Shown here in pieces: positions 31,343-45,141 of a stretch of 64,000 bases of DNA. Location of the stretch: the NCBI RefSeq assembly GCF_009914755.1, contig NC_060927.1. One strand, 5' to 3'. The stretch is from the human T2T-CHM13v2.0 reference genome, Homo sapiens. The position numbers and the translations under genes were made by a program. The notes beneath the pieces are model-generated. The model was not told the origin of the DNA, did no database searches, and saw only the letters and a list, made by a program, of their open reading frames with translations. How positions within the stretch are numbered: position 1 is the stretch's first letter; every line of letters begins with the position of its first letter.

Positions 31343-31591
31343 TAGCACTACAATGGCTGCTTTAGGACATACCTTAAGATTTTACTGCACCTCAGAGACA
31401 TCATTATGTCACTGAAATGCAGATAAACTCACTCTTTTACACTACAAATGTTGCTTCAGTACCTACCTATTGGGTGTCAGTCAAGCTGCATGTTAGGGAA
31501 CAATGATGCCTTCCATAGGGGACCATGTCTTGTCTGAGAGGAGAAGACAGGCATAAAAACATACACTTCTAGTAATATGGAAAAAATGGTG

Positions 31592-32000
31592 GCTTAGTTT
31601 GGGCTTCCCCCAAAGCAGGCCCTCTTACAAAGACATGGGTGCAGGTAGTTTACTTGGAAGTGGACCCTAGGAACACAAATGAGTAGGTGACCTCGTGGGC
31701 TGCTGGGATTCAATGCCACTGAGGTCTTGTGAGGAACCACGTACAGTGTATTCAGAATCATCCTGCTAGAAATGGGAAAGCAGAGGTCTCCATCACCCTC
31801 CTCCTCACTGGTTGAAGGTTGTCCCTGGAACTTCTGGGCTGTCTGGCCCATAAAAAGCCCTTAGGCAGAGAAGCAGAGAGATGCAGGCTCTTGAGGTGGG
31901 GAGCCATGGGCACACAGGGGAGACACCCACCACAGCTTCCCGTGAACTCTACAGTGGCCAAGGAGCATGGGTATGACATCAGCAGCCTCTGCCACAGATG
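31592..32000 (-). mobile_element. Old ERVL LTR (LTR16C/LTR33-like)
   Basis: cttagtttgggcttcccccaaagcaggccct...gcaggtagtttacttggaagtggaccctagg terminus motif. Confidence 0.6.
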
Positions 32001-32117
32001 GTGATTTAGAGTCCACCATTGTAGAATGGGACCCAGAAGAGGAAAGAATCAGTTCTACCTGGAAGTCAACATTTCAGAGGACAATAGATGCCTGAGATGA
32101 CTGAGTATTCTCCAGAA

Positions 32118-32450
32118 CAGGGGTCCCCAGTCCCCAGGCTGTGAACTGGTACTGGGTCATGGCATTTTAGCAACTGGGTCGCACAGCAGGAGGTGAGTGG
32201 TGGGTGAGTGAGCATGACCACTTGAGCTCTGCCTCCCATCAGATCAGTGGTAGCATTAGATTCTCATAGGACCACAAACCCTATTGTGAACTGTGCATGC
32301 AAAGGATCTAGGTAGGTTGTGCGCTTTTTATGAGAATCTAATGCCTGATGATCTGAGGTGGGACAGTTTCATCCAAAATGATCTCCCGTCTGTGGAAAAA
32401 TTGTCTTCCACGGAACCAGTCCCTGGTGCCAAAAAGGTTGTGGATCACTG
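32118..32450 (+). mobile_element. MER1B (hAT-Charlie MITE)
   Basis: caggggtcccc ... gcattagattctcatagg ... ccctggtgccaaaaaggttgtggatcactg; 8-bp TSD remnant ctccagaa/ctctacaa. Confidence 0.9.
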
Positions 32451-32589
32451 CTCTACAAAATACAAGGAGTGAAGGTGGAAGACTGCTACTTAATTGCAAA
32501 TACATTCAAGTAGAATATCAGACCACAGATAGTTCAGTGAGTCCTACCTTTGCATCAGCTGTGATCAGATTCACTGTTTAAACATACAT

Positions 32590-32690
32590 GTTTATATATA
32601 TGCTTTTATTTTATTTTATATGCTTTTATTTTATATTATATAAATATAAATATATATTTATAAATATATTTATATATACATATGCTTTTG
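32590..32690. repeat. AT-rich low-complexity tract with short palindromes
   Basis: tataaatatatatttata perfect 18-bp palindrome (32645-32662); tatatgcttttattttat occurs twice. Confidence 0.85.
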
Positions 32691-33457
32691 CTTAGGTAGG
32701 TACAGGTTTCAACGTGCCCTGTTTTCAGAGCTAATGTAGATGTTCCAAGCTGTTGACAGTAAAACAGACAAGCAGTTTCTTACAAGAAATATGAAAACAA
32801 TTACTTTATTCTACCCTTGACTCTGACCAGCAGATGTAAAGGTGGCATTAGACAGACTACAGGTTGACTGCTTGGAAATCTACAGGTAATAGGACTTCAG
32901 GAGAGAAATTTGAGCTCCAGGAGAACAGAGAAGGGCAGGGTCAGGTCTGGTCTCATAGAAATGAGAAGCTAGATCCAGTTCAAGGCAGACAATAGGATGC
33001 ATAGAGTGGAGAGTAGAGACTGAGAACACAGTTCTGGAAACTGAGGTACACATAAAGATTAAGAAACAAAACAAGACCCCACTGACAAAAACTGAGCACC
33101 AAGTCAAAATAAGTGCAGCAGCAAGAGTGATAGATTCAGAGCCCCTAAGCTATGAAATTTCAGTTTCTTCATTTTGTTAAAAATGAAGTCAGTAGCTTGG
33201 GGACATTTACGTGCATAAGAATAACCTTGCAGGCTTGTTTTAAATATTTAAAGGTAAGTCCTCACCATACCTTACCCATATGTTATGCTTCCGTAGGTTT
33301 AGAGTGAAGTCTGGGAATCAGCATTTTTAATAAGGGTCCTAAGTGCCTCAGATGCAGGTTGCTTATGGATTTGGTTAGGAAGCAGTGAATTAAGTTAAGG
33401 TTAATTTCAAAGTCTGAGAACGGAGTGAGCTTCAACTGGTCCCAACAATGCAAAAAG

Positions 33458-33571
33458 TAGGGTGATCAACTCATTCTAATTTACCCAGAACTTTCTCAAT
33501 GTTAGCATGGACAGTCCCATGTTCCAGGAAACCATTCAGTCCCAGATATACTGGAACAATCGGCCACCCTA
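33458..33571 (+). mobile_element. MER81-like hAT-Blackjack MITE (114 bp)
   Basis: TIRs tagggtg ... cacccta; 8-bp TSD remnant gcaaaaag/gcataatg. Confidence 0.8.
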
Positions 33572-33892
33572 GCATAATGGACATGCTGTTGTGTCAGGAG
33601 CTCACAGAAGACCTAAGCTTCATCACCTCAACCTCATGCATTCCGCTAGGCTTCGTATTGCACCAGCCTTCCTCCACAGACAAACACTTCAACTGACTCC
33701 TTTCATGATTCAAATCTGTGATACATGCTGAGATCGGACCTGATGCTTAAAAACTCATGAGGCCCTGAGTTGAAGATCCTGCTCCCAGAGGTTACATATC
33801 TACCTCCAATTTCCCTACCCTCATACCTGGAAAGAAAGTATTCCAGTAAATAAAAGGAAACAAAAGAAAAAATGGGTGTGGCAGGGGGGTGC

Positions 33893-34050
33893 ACACTGGC
33901 TATGGCAGCTCATGCCTGTAATTCTAGCATTTTGGGAGGCTGAGAAGTGGGAGGATCACTTGAGCCCAGGAGCTCCAGAGTGCAGATAGCCATGATCGCA
34001 CCACCGCACTCCAGCTTAAGTGACAAAGTAAGACCTTGTCCAAAAAAAAA
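33893..34050 (+). mobile_element. Alu monomer (FRAM-like or arm-recombined AluJ)
   Basis: Single-arm Alu with A-tail. Confidence 0.75.
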
Positions 34051-34109
34051 GTCAAACAAAAGACTACCATTTGGACAACTGTCTATATAAGAATCCTAAC
34101 ATAATGCAC

Positions 34110-34345
34110 AAGACTGACCCTGGGGCCCCATGCCTGAGTTTGTATCTACAGCTAATGAGATGTGTGACCTTGGACAAGTTACCTCCACTCTAAGTGCCTT
34201 TGTTTCCTCATCTGTAAGGTGAAAATAATAACAATATTAATAATCATAATATTGTCTACTTCATAGGATGAAATTAGTCAAGACATGTAGTTTTCTTTGG
34301 ACAGTGCCTGACACACAGTAATCACTCTGTAAGTGCAGTTCTTAT
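34110..34345 (+). mobile_element. MIR
   Basis: tgtgtgaccttggacaagttacc...gtttcctcatctgtaaggtgaaaataata...cagtgcctgacacacagtaatcactc. Confidence 0.8.
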
Positions 34346-35359
34346 TAAAATCCTAATGTTTAAGGTAACTCTGAACCACTCGCAATTACTTGTGTGAATA
34401 ACATCAGTCTTTCCGCACCCAAGCAAATTAAGTTGTAACATTCAAAGTCATTTTAAACAAGCAGTTTATTTTCCTATCATTGAAAATATCATGTGGAAAA
34501 ATCCACGCTGTAGTTTTAGCCTTTTGGTGATGCTGGTGGAAGGAAGGATGAATCAGCTGCACTCAAGATGTCTATTAGCGCCCCAGCCGAGCTAGAGTCT
34601 CCAGGACACTCCCAAGCACAGGAAGGAGGCTTGGAAACACTTCAAAGCCTGCCGACACGCAGATTGCTTCTGGTTGCCAGTGGATTAGTATTGGTGATAT
34701 ATCCTTAGCCACACACTTCACCTCCATATGTCTCAGCCCTCTTCACCTTTCCCTCTGACTGTGACAATGAGAATATTGAAATCAATAAGTTCACCCTCCT
34801 TGCTCCACAGACTCATGTGCTTTGAAATGAAAAATGGCTCAGGCAGAAGAAGCCAAGACAGGCTCGGAGGACATAGATGGAGTTAGAATTGGCAGGATCT
34901 GCAGTCTAGGATAGGGGTACAGACGACAGCAGGCTGGGAGTGAGAATACTTGGGGTCTCCCTCCATTTGGTCACTACTCAATAGTGGGGATAGGTCATTT
35001 TAATTCAACGGACCCTGCAGTATCTCCTCTGTAAAATAAAGGCATTGGGCCAGATAAATATCTATCATCCCTTCTAGTTCTAAAAATCCTGATAATATTT
35101 TACAATAAAATGTCAGCCAGCTAGCTTTAGCCTTATTCCTCTCTTCCATAAGCACCTCCCTCTTTGTTATCGGTTACAATGCATTCTTCTAATGCCCATT
35201 TTCAGTTTGAAACAACCTAATCACACATTAAGTCCCTTAATGGCACAGACTTTGTTTTAATCTCATTTTGTCTTCAGTGCTTAGAACTATGCCTGACAAG
35301 GAGAGATTTTCAAGAGGTGTTTCCAGAATTGAACCCATGCATCATCCATCTCTTCGCTT

Positions 35360-35870
35360 GTGTTATTAGTCAGAGGCCCAGCAAGAAACAGATAGTCCAT
35401 GCACACAGGGCAATTGAGGTGAGTTTACCAAAGGGACTATTGACAAGATCTAAGCAGCATTAGGGTGAATCCACCATCAAGGGGTGGTGAAGCACCCCAA
35501 AGCTAGCAATGGCAATAATTACTACCCCTGGTAGCCCTGACAGGGTGAGGGGAAGACAACTGTTACAGGAACTCTGAGAAAGTCATGGAAGCTGTAGGTG
35601 CTAAGAGCGCACTGCCTGACCTTCTTTAGAAGAAACCAGCTGACCTGTATCTCGGAAGGGAAGGACTTCCTGGCCACATACCTCCTCCCCAACCTCTCTC
35701 TCCCCTCGTCTTTCCTTCAAGCCCTTCCCTCTCTTGCCAGCGCCTCCATTGGCTGAACACAATGGGAAGTGAGAAAGCATGGCCAAGTGTCCAGGCAGTC
35801 CATGAAGGGCATGGAGTGGGGTGGAGAGCCTACCCGGGGAGAAGGTGAACAGAGAATATCCAGCACACTC
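35360..35870 (-). mobile_element. LTR33-like ERVL LTR
   Basis: ttagtcagaggcccagcaagaaacagat...tttaccaaagggactatt...ccattggctgaacacaatgggaag. Confidence 0.6.
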
Positions 35871-35911
35871 AGCTCCCAGCACCACTGCCTCCTCCTTTGA
35901 AAAGTCCGGTG

Positions 35912-36252
<341 letters not shown>

Positions 36253-36460
36253 TCACGTAACATTTATTCAGCAAATGTGTACATTTTGCTCTGTGTATAC
36301 ACAGTGCTTTATAAGTGTTGCCTACTTTCTAGCTAGCATACATTTTTCTTTAACCAACCAGACTGTAAGCTTCATAGAGGCAGGGATGATGTCTTCTATC
36401 TTCAGACCCATCTCTAATGCATTCTTGCTGTATATATAGCACTCAGTATTTGCAACTTGA

Positions 36461-36809
<349 letters not shown>

Positions 36810-37284
36810 AAAAAAAACCAAGTTTTTAAAACAAATTATACAACTGGTTATCCTTAGCATACTATCCAATTTCTAAATCTCTAGGAAGAGCCAACTCAAA
36901 TGTACAGCGTGGCTCATTGCCTTGTAGAGTGTTTCTGTTGAGTGGCGATCATGGTGGCAAAGTGTGAGTCTTCCCCCTTAGGAAGACTGGCTTTGGAATT
37001 CATTGCATAGTAGTGCATAGTAGTTCCTGGAACCCATTCATTCAACATGCCTTTATTCATATTCAGTAGGAGTAAAGTGCTGTGCAAGGTACTGTGAGAA
37101 ATCAAAGGTTAATTTGCCTTAGATTCTGTCCTGGGAATTAGAGTACAGTGGGAGACAGAAGGTGTTGATGTAATTAGGTGGAAAGAAGGAAAAGCAATCC
37201 CAAGACAAAAAGAGATGAAATGCTGGGAAAGTTCTGAGTGATAGCAATGATTTTGATGGAGAAATTTAGAATAGGCTTCATTTT

Positions 37285-37594
<310 letters not shown>

Positions 37595-38942
37595 TCATTT
37601 TGGTTAGATCTTGGAGACCATGCATTCTTTGGTCATGAAGAGATAAAAGAAGGAATATGCTACACACACGTGACTGGAAGCTTTCAGGGAAAAACAACTC
37701 TTCGTTTCCCTGAAAGTTCAAACAAGGTGCCGCATGGGTCTCTGATTAGAAAAACACGTGCTGGAATCAGATATGGAGGCCCTGAATGGCAGGCTCAGTC
37801 TGAATCACCTTTCTGCTGGCAGTAGGGAGCCCGTGAAGGATTTTGAGTCAATGATGAGAAATGGAACTTCAAGGAAAAATAATAGCAGGAGACAATGCAC
37901 TGAGGGCTTTCTGTGCAGGCACAGTTCTTCATACTGATCCCCAATGGGGAGTATGCTATCACTGATATTGTTTAGAATTTCAGCTGCAGGATGATAATAA
38001 AAAGCATCCAGATGATTCGTTGGTTTCATTATTCTTCCTAAATTCTCTATGAACAATGCATGTCCTGCCTTGGCTGCAGCTTCTTGCCTGTATCTGGGGC
38101 AAACCACTATACACGTATCAACTTATTTAACCTTCAAAACATCCCTGTGAGGTAGATACCATTATTATTGTCAGAGAAGCACAAAGAGATAAAGTGATTT
38201 TCTCGAGATAAGAAAGCTGGTAAATGGCAGAGCCAGAATTTGAATGTGGGCCGTGTGACTCCTAATAGCTACTCCCACTGGCCTGGCAGGAAGATTATAA
38301 CTTCCTTGAAATCAGGGGTTATGCCTATTAAACTTAGCTCCGTGCTACCCCTTGGTAAATAGGAACTTAAAAAGTAGTTATTCTTTGGTGGTTCCAGGCC
38401 TGAAAAATGATCAGTTTTCTACCCACACACAATCATAAGCAGTTATACCCTGATTTTGTTGATTCTATTTTGAGTTCCAGTAGACATAAATCAGGGTGTT
38501 TACTAAGAATCCAGGTGTATTTGACAGAAAGCAAATAACTACAATCGTCTAGTCAGGCATGTGGAGATAAGTGCCATGCCAGCCACTGTATGGGCAGGTC
38601 AGATAGTTAACATTCTCAGTGGTTAAATGAAATCATTTCCTGCATTCTGACTTGACCAGCTATTTGCAGCATTTCTTTTCAAGTGGTCCAGGTGCTATTG
38701 TTCAAAAATGATTGTTCTTATTATTAAACCCTTTAAGTATTCTAAATGCCAAGGGTGAAAGCTCCTTGTCACATTATGTTTCAAGCGTGATTAGGCATTA
38801 AAAGAAAATTTCATATTATCAGTTATTATTCAACACTGACATTGCACCTTGGATAAGAAAGCTCTCTGATTCATGGATTCAGTGATCACAGTTTCAATGT
38901 GTGATGCTTCCTGATTCTAGGTGCTCTTCCAGCCTCTCCCTT

Positions 38943-39318
38943 TGTATTAGTTTTCACACTGTTATAAAGACATATCTGAGACTGGGTAATTTATAAAGGA
39001 AAGAGGTTTAATTGACTCACAGTTCCACATGGCTGCGGAGGCCTCAGGAAATTTACAATCATGGCAGAAGGCAAAGGAGAAGCAAGCTAAGACCTTCCCT
39101 CACATGGCGGCAGGAGAGAGAGTATGAGGATTGAAGCGGGAAGAGCCCCTTATAAAATCATCAGATCTAGCGAGAACTCACTCACTACCACGAGATGAGA
39201 ACAGCGTGTAGGAAACTGCCCCCATAATCCAATCACTTCCCACCAGTCTCTCCCTAACCACCTGGGAATTACAATTCAAGATGAGATTTGGGTAGGGATA
39301 CAAAGCCTAACCATATTA
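38943..39318 (-). mobile_element. THE1D/MSTA-like solo LTR
   Basis: tgtattag...gagactgggtaatttataaaggaaagaggtttaattgactcacag...cctaaccatatta; TSD ccctt/ccctc. Confidence 0.88.
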
Positions 39319-39446
39319 CCCTCCCATCATGCCTTCCTCCTGCCTCACCTCCCTCTGCTTAATCCACTTGTTCCCCTCTTTACCACCACCTCCTCCTCCA
39401 TCACCACCACTGCCACAGTGCCCAATGGGGACTGCTGGTGCAGCTA

Positions 39447-39660
39447 CTGAAGCTGGCACATGCAGGTGGCCCTGGGCTTGGCTCAAACACCTACAAGTTA
39501 AAAGTAATAGTAATAATAATAGCAACAATAACAACTGCTAACACCATTTGGTGCTTACCACTTTACATGCACAGTTTCATTTAATCTTCAAAACAACACT
39601 AGGCAGTAGGAACTATTACTATCCCCATTTTCTATGTGAGGAAAACCTCAAAGGGGTTCA
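39447..39660 (+). repeat. Doublet 3, copy A (about 214 bp, includes an (AAT)n tract and a MIR fragment; partner at 40871-41085)
   Basis: About 20 substitutions and 3 small indels against copy B by eye. Confidence 0.93.
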
Positions 39661-40758
39661 GTGAAATAATCAAGATGGTACAGTTCATCAACAGCAGTGT
39701 CTAGACTGTCTGGGAGGCTGCGTGGCTTCAGAGAGCACGCTCTTAGCCCCTGCACGACACAAAGGGTTTCTACATTACTACAACCAGAGGAAATGAAACA
39801 GCAGGGGAAAGAGAGAGAGTCTGAAAGGGGGAGATGTCTGAAGTAATTTCTGGAAGAAGCAAAAGTCCTAGGATAGTTTTCTCTTTGGGTGGGTACTTTG
39901 GATGGGAAAGGAATTTCATCTCACGGGACAGAGGAGCATTTGCAAAATTCTATGAATCCCTACTGGGTCGTCTCCATGGCTGTGACTGGATGACACTGTT
40001 ACCACATTTTTCTGCTAAAAAAAAAAAAAAAAAAAGGATCCTAGGAAAATCAAATTACTATCTCCAAAATATGAGAATCCCAGACCTCTGACTCTCCCCA
40101 GTGAGACTTTGGTCTATTTAAACACACACAAAACTCTCCTGCCTTGCATTAGCAAAGGAAAGTTTAGAAAAACAAAATTAGATTTTACCTGCAGTGTGTT
40201 AAATGAAACCCTCCAAATTATGCCCATTTTTAAAGGTAATTGAATGTTAAGTTTTTTACTTATTTAAGAGCAATTCCATTCCACCCACTTTGCCTATTAG
40301 CATATCAGAGGTTCACACGCACACTAATAATGTCAGCGGTGCTTCACCTGCTCCATTCCTCGCCTAGTCCATGTCTTTTTAAACAGAGAAAAAGATCAAA
40401 AGAACAGTAAATTGCCCTGCACGGCAACCAAATCTGAAGATACATTATAATGACAAACTTTTCTTCAATCCAAAATGAACATGCTTCGTTTCTTCATTTC
40501 CCTCTTGGTTTATATCATGTTAATCTCTTTTGATAAATTCAGACCAGTCTGGATCCAAATAATACAGAACATGTCCAGAGTGTCCCTGGGGTTTTCTTTC
40601 ACCTCTTCCAGTTCTGCCATCAGGTGCTCAGATCGCCTGGTGCAGGGGAGAAAGATGAAGCCATAGGAAATCTACTTAATCAGTAAGAGCACTTGTGAAA
40701 TAATCACTCCCCTAATTAAGCAAAGCGGCAGATAGACATTTTCATCCATGATCATCCT

Positions 40759-40836
40759 GAACAGTTCTTAAAGGCTGCTTGGAACGTGTTCTTAGGGGCT
40801 TGGAACAGTTCTTACAGGCTGCTTAGAGGCTGCTTG
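40759..40836 (+). repeat. Imperfect short tandem repeats (gaacagttcttaaaggctgcttg-type, about 3 copies)
   Basis: gaacagttcttaaaggctgcttg gaacgtgttcttaggggcttg gaacagttcttacaggctgcttagaggctgcttg. Confidence 0.85.
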
Positions 40837-40870
40837 ATATGGGAAACGTTGATCAATCAGTGGTTTGTCT

Positions 40871-41085
40871 CTGAATCTGGTATATGCAGAAGGCCCTGTA
40901 CTTGGCTCAAACCCCTACACATTAAAAATAATAATAATAATAGCAACGATAACAACTGCTAATACCCATTTGGTGCTTACCACTTTATATGCACAGTTTC
41001 ATTTAATTTTCAGAACAACTCTAGGCACTAGGAACTATTACTATCCCCATTTTCTATGTGAGGAAATGGGGCTCAAAGGGGTTCA
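40871..41085 (+). repeat. Doublet 3, copy B, flanked by direct repeats of about 24 bp
   Basis: gggaaacgttgatcaatcagtggt (40841-40864) and gggaacgctgatcaatcaatggt (41089-41111) bracket the copy. Confidence 0.93.
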
Positions 41086-41649
41086 TTTGGGAACGCTGAT
41101 CAATCAATGGTGTCTTCTGTATATGGATGTGGAAGGGAGGGGCAGAGATGCAGTTTGGGGACTGGTATAATATGTCGGATAAGATGATAATGCCACCAAC
41201 CTTGGGTAACTTCTGCTGTACTAAGGCTGGGTTTTCCATAAGATGCTCTCATTATTTCCTCCCAAGATTTCTGTATATACATTTTCTGTCCAGTAGGCAG
41301 AGTAACGGATACAGTTTGTAATTTTTTAAAGAGTGCTATACTAACTTCTGTATATCTACCCAATGAATCCCTTTATTACCACCCCCAAGGCCATCACCAT
41401 AGTACAAGGCACCCTCACTTGCACTTAACACAACCATCACCTTCCCAGCCTCCATGAACCAACTCTTAAGCCCTACCATGCCTCTCCTCACAATTGACAA
41501 AGGAACCGTTTTAAAATAAAAACCTGGTCAAGTTCTTTCGGACACCCTCTTACTCACATAACCCACAGTCCCCCATGGAATCATTCTCTCTCACTACAAT
41601 GAGTAATCAACCCACTGGTTCAACTATAGATGTATTCCTGGTGGCCTCT

Positions 41650-42700
41650 GCCTGTAGAGAAGTTGATTCCAATATGCACAGATCTATTTGTTTATTTCTA
41701 AAATCTGTGTGATAGCATTCCATTGTATGAATGTACCATATTTTATTTAACTGGATATCTGTTAATAGATAGTGTGATGTCTCTAATGATAGTGCAATGA
41801 ATACCTGTATCAGCTCTTGCACTGCTAGAAAGAAATACCTGAGACTGGGTCATTTATAAGGAAAGAGGTTTAACTGGCTCATGGCTCTGCACACTGTACA
41901 GGAAGCATAGCAGCTTTTCTGGGGAGGCCTCAGGAAACTTTCAGACATGGCAGAAAGCAAAGGGGAAGCAGGCACATCTTACATGGCTGGAGCAGGAGGA
42001 AGAGAGAGAGGTGGGAGGTGCCACACACTTTTAAACAACCAGATCTCATGAGAACTCTATTACGAGAACAGCACCAAAGTGATGGTGCTAAACCATTCAT
42101 GAAGGATCCACCCCCCATGATCCAATCACCAGGCACCACTTCCAACATTGGGGATTACAATTGAACATGAGATTTGGGTGGGGACAGAGATCCAAACCGT
42201 ATCAATACCCTTCTATTCATACTTGTATACAATTGTCTAGTTATTCCCTGGGATACACTCCAAATAATATAATGGCTGAGTCAAAGATTATGCTTATTTT
42301 CATTTCATTTTAAACTAGTTTTTTATACTGTAAATGTAATATATAATTTTGGCAAAAAGTAATATATTAAAAGTTCAGATGACTATAAAGTTACCAACAA
42401 AAGCCCTCTTTTTCTACTCCATTTCCAGGGTCATTCCTTAGAGACAACCATGCATATCCTTCCATAATGTTTGCCCAAAGAAAAAATAAATGTAATTGCT
42501 GTTTTTATATACACACGCATATAAAAATACACATGCATAAATATGGCTATATATAGTCCATTTTTTGAAAAAGGTTATAATATATGTTATACTTACATTC
42601 AATTTTGATTCATTGCAAAATTATCTACAGTCGCATTTACACTCCTACCAACAGTATATGAGAATGTCTACTTTTCAGCATCTAAACTTAAGATGTAGAA
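41650..42700 (-). mobile_element. Old L1M fragments hosting an MST LTR
   Basis: gcattccattgtatgaatgtaccatattttattt; tttacactcctaccaacagtatatgagaatgtc. Confidence 0.65.
41806..42204 (-). mobile_element. MSTA/MSTB solo LTR
   Basis: gaaatacctgagactggg...ccacacacttttaaacaaccagatctcatgagaactc...ccaaaccgtatca; TSD atacc at 41801-41805 and 42205-42209. Confidence 0.9.
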
Positions 42701-43579
42701 TATGAGGAAGAAAACATAAAGGCTAAAGTATCTTAGTTTTGGTTTTCTTACTTTTAAAAGTCAGCTAACAATATTTTGCAAGCCTTTTTGTGAACATTGA
42801 ATGAGATGATATAGAGATAGAAATTTCATACATTTAGCCTGGCCCACAAAATATGTATGAATAAATGATAATAGTTCATATTGTTATTGCTATCATCATT
42901 TGGTTTATCTGACACATCAAATTACTTTTATATAGTGGTCCTAGTTCTATCTTTTAATGGTAAGAAAATAAATTTAGCTTTTCTAACCTTAAGACCTGGA
43001 GTTACTATCTTTAATAATAAGGGGCTAGGAAATTTAAGTGATGTGAGTCGAGCAGGCTACAGTCTCTAGGGAAAAAAATATGTATCTTCTATACTATCTT
43101 GCTAATCAGTCATCTGACTACAATTTTCTATTGATTCTTCCCTTGGAGAATTTGAGAATATTCTAACAGAACTTTGACACACAGGCACTTGAGAAATTTC
43201 TGCAGATTATATCTTAAAGAGCAATAATGCAATTTTGGTGAAAAATAAAGAGGCAGCCCAGTGGAGGCGCTGAAGGATGAACAGATAGATTCCGTGGGCC
43301 CATTTCCCTATTACAGAAAGAGATATTTATTGCCTGCAGCACAGCTGAGGGACTGCATTTGGAAATGCCATAGAAAGTAGTCTGTAGCTGAGGTCCTGGG
43401 GCTCAGCCCAGGATAAGGCATTTGGCAGGTTCAGCCCCAGAATGGCAGGAAGCCTGCTTTGCAAACAGCAGCTGCAAAAAGAGACTGAGTTTGTTAAAAC
43501 TTATTTGGCCTTATTCTCATCTCCCACTGCACCCCTTCGGCACTCTCCCAGGCACAGTGCTGTCTTTGTAATCCAAGAC

Positions 43580-43712
43580 AGGGGAGCAGGGGAGGGAAAG
43601 AAAGGAGGGGAAAGAGGGAAGGAGAGGGGCAAAGGGAGGAAGGAGAGGGAGGGAGAAGGATGAGGGGGAAAGAAATGAAGGGGGTTGGGGGAGGGGGAGA
43701 GAGAGAGAGAGA
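43580..43712 (+). repeat. G/A-rich low-complexity tract with (GA)n
   Basis: Multiple G3-G5 runs read directly. Confidence 0.9.
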
Positions 43713-44063
43713 GTAATAGGAGATCCCTAAAGAAAAGACTGGAATTCACTTATTGACAATAAGAACCATGCTCAAAGTAATGCTGACAAAGGGATCTTTT
43801 CCACAAAGGAAACCTGAGGCTTTTCTGCATTCAGGCCTTTACTCTGAATCTACGGATGCATTGATATTGGTATCATTACTATCATCATTATTTCCTTCAT
43901 CCAAGCTCTTGGTATCTATTCTTTAACTTGAATAATAAAAAATAAATTTTTTAAATAATAACTTTCCATGTTTTAGAGGAACCGGCAGAGAAATAGTAAA
44001 TAACTATCCTAATATCACCCTGGATGTAGATGACCAAGGGGATATTGGGAAACAGACTCCCAG

Positions 44064-44616
44064 TGTTACCAGACAGGGGTCCCCATCCAGACACCAAGAG
44101 AGGGTTCTTAGATTTTGTGCAAGAAATAATTTAGGGTCAGTCCACAGAGTAAAATTAAAGCAAGTGTATTAAGAAAGTAAAGGAATAAAATAATGGCTAC
44201 TCCCTAGACAGAACAGACACGAGGGCTGCTGGTTGCCTATTTTTATGGTTATTTCTTGATTATATGCTAATCAAAGGATGGATTATTCATGCTCCCCCTT
44301 TTTAGACCATATAGGGTAACTTCCTAACATTATGATGGCATTTGTAAACTGTCATGGCGCTGGTGGAAGCATAGCAGTGAGGACGACCAGAGGTCACTCT
44401 TGTGGCCATCTTAATTTTGGTAGGTTTTAGCTGGCTTCTTTAATACAATCTGTTTTATCAGCAAGGTCTTTATGACCTGTATCTTGTGCTGACCTCCTAT
44501 CTCATCCTGTGACTTACAATGCCTAACCATCTGGGAATGCAGCCCAGTAGGTCCCAGCCTTATTTTACCCAGCTCCTATTCAAGATGCAGTTGCTCTGAT
44601 TCAAATGCCTCTGACA
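44064..44616 (-). mobile_element. MER41A-like (ERV1) solo LTR, 553 bp
   Basis: tgttaccagacaggggtccccatccagac ... ttcaaatgcctctgaca; 4-bp TSD ccag at 44060-44063 and 44617-44620. Confidence 0.88.
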
Positions 44617-45104
44617 CCAGGATCCCAACCCAGTGCTCCCTCTCCGAGGCCAGGCTTCTAAGGATATATCTCTGTTTTCTCATTCACTTGCTAGGTTCAT
44701 CATACCATTACGGATGTCATCCAGGAACAGCTGATGACAGGAACAGCTCAATAAACCAGAGCCCGGGTTCCATGAACATGTTGTCTGGGTGTAAGTGTGG
44801 GCTTTATCATATATCAGCTGTGTGACTATAAGAAAGATCCTGACCTCTCTGTGCCAATATCCCAATATCCAAAATGGGAATGGTCATCATGCCTACCTAG
44901 TAGGGTTATTAAAAGAATTAAGCAACATAATGCTCATGAAGCACTTAGCATAGTGCCTGACATACAGCAAGGACCTAATAAATGCTGGGGGAGATGTAGT
45001 ATTTAGATACTAGTGAATCAGTATCAGATTATATAGACAAGATTTTCCAGTTACATAGCAGACCTTGAAAAAATATTCTCATGATCTCCACTTGATTTTT
45101 TACA

Positions 45105-45141
45105 AACAAACAAAAACAAACAAACAAACAAACAAAAAAAC
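45105..45141 (+). repeat. (AAAC)n microsatellite
   Basis: Read directly. Confidence 0.9.

Noticed and set aside
34575-34592. Possible CTCF site (tagcgccccagccga)
   Set aside because: Only four G in the core; when aligned without a gap the 5' half mismatches at five positions.
39316-39541. Poly-L/poly-P/poly-N ORFs resembling a signal peptide or low-complexity protein
   Set aside because: Produced by (AAT/AAC)n and (CCA/CCT)n microsatellite sequence.
40759-40836. CRISPR-like repeat array
   Set aside because: Eukaryotic DNA; the repeats are adjacent, degenerate and have no spacers.
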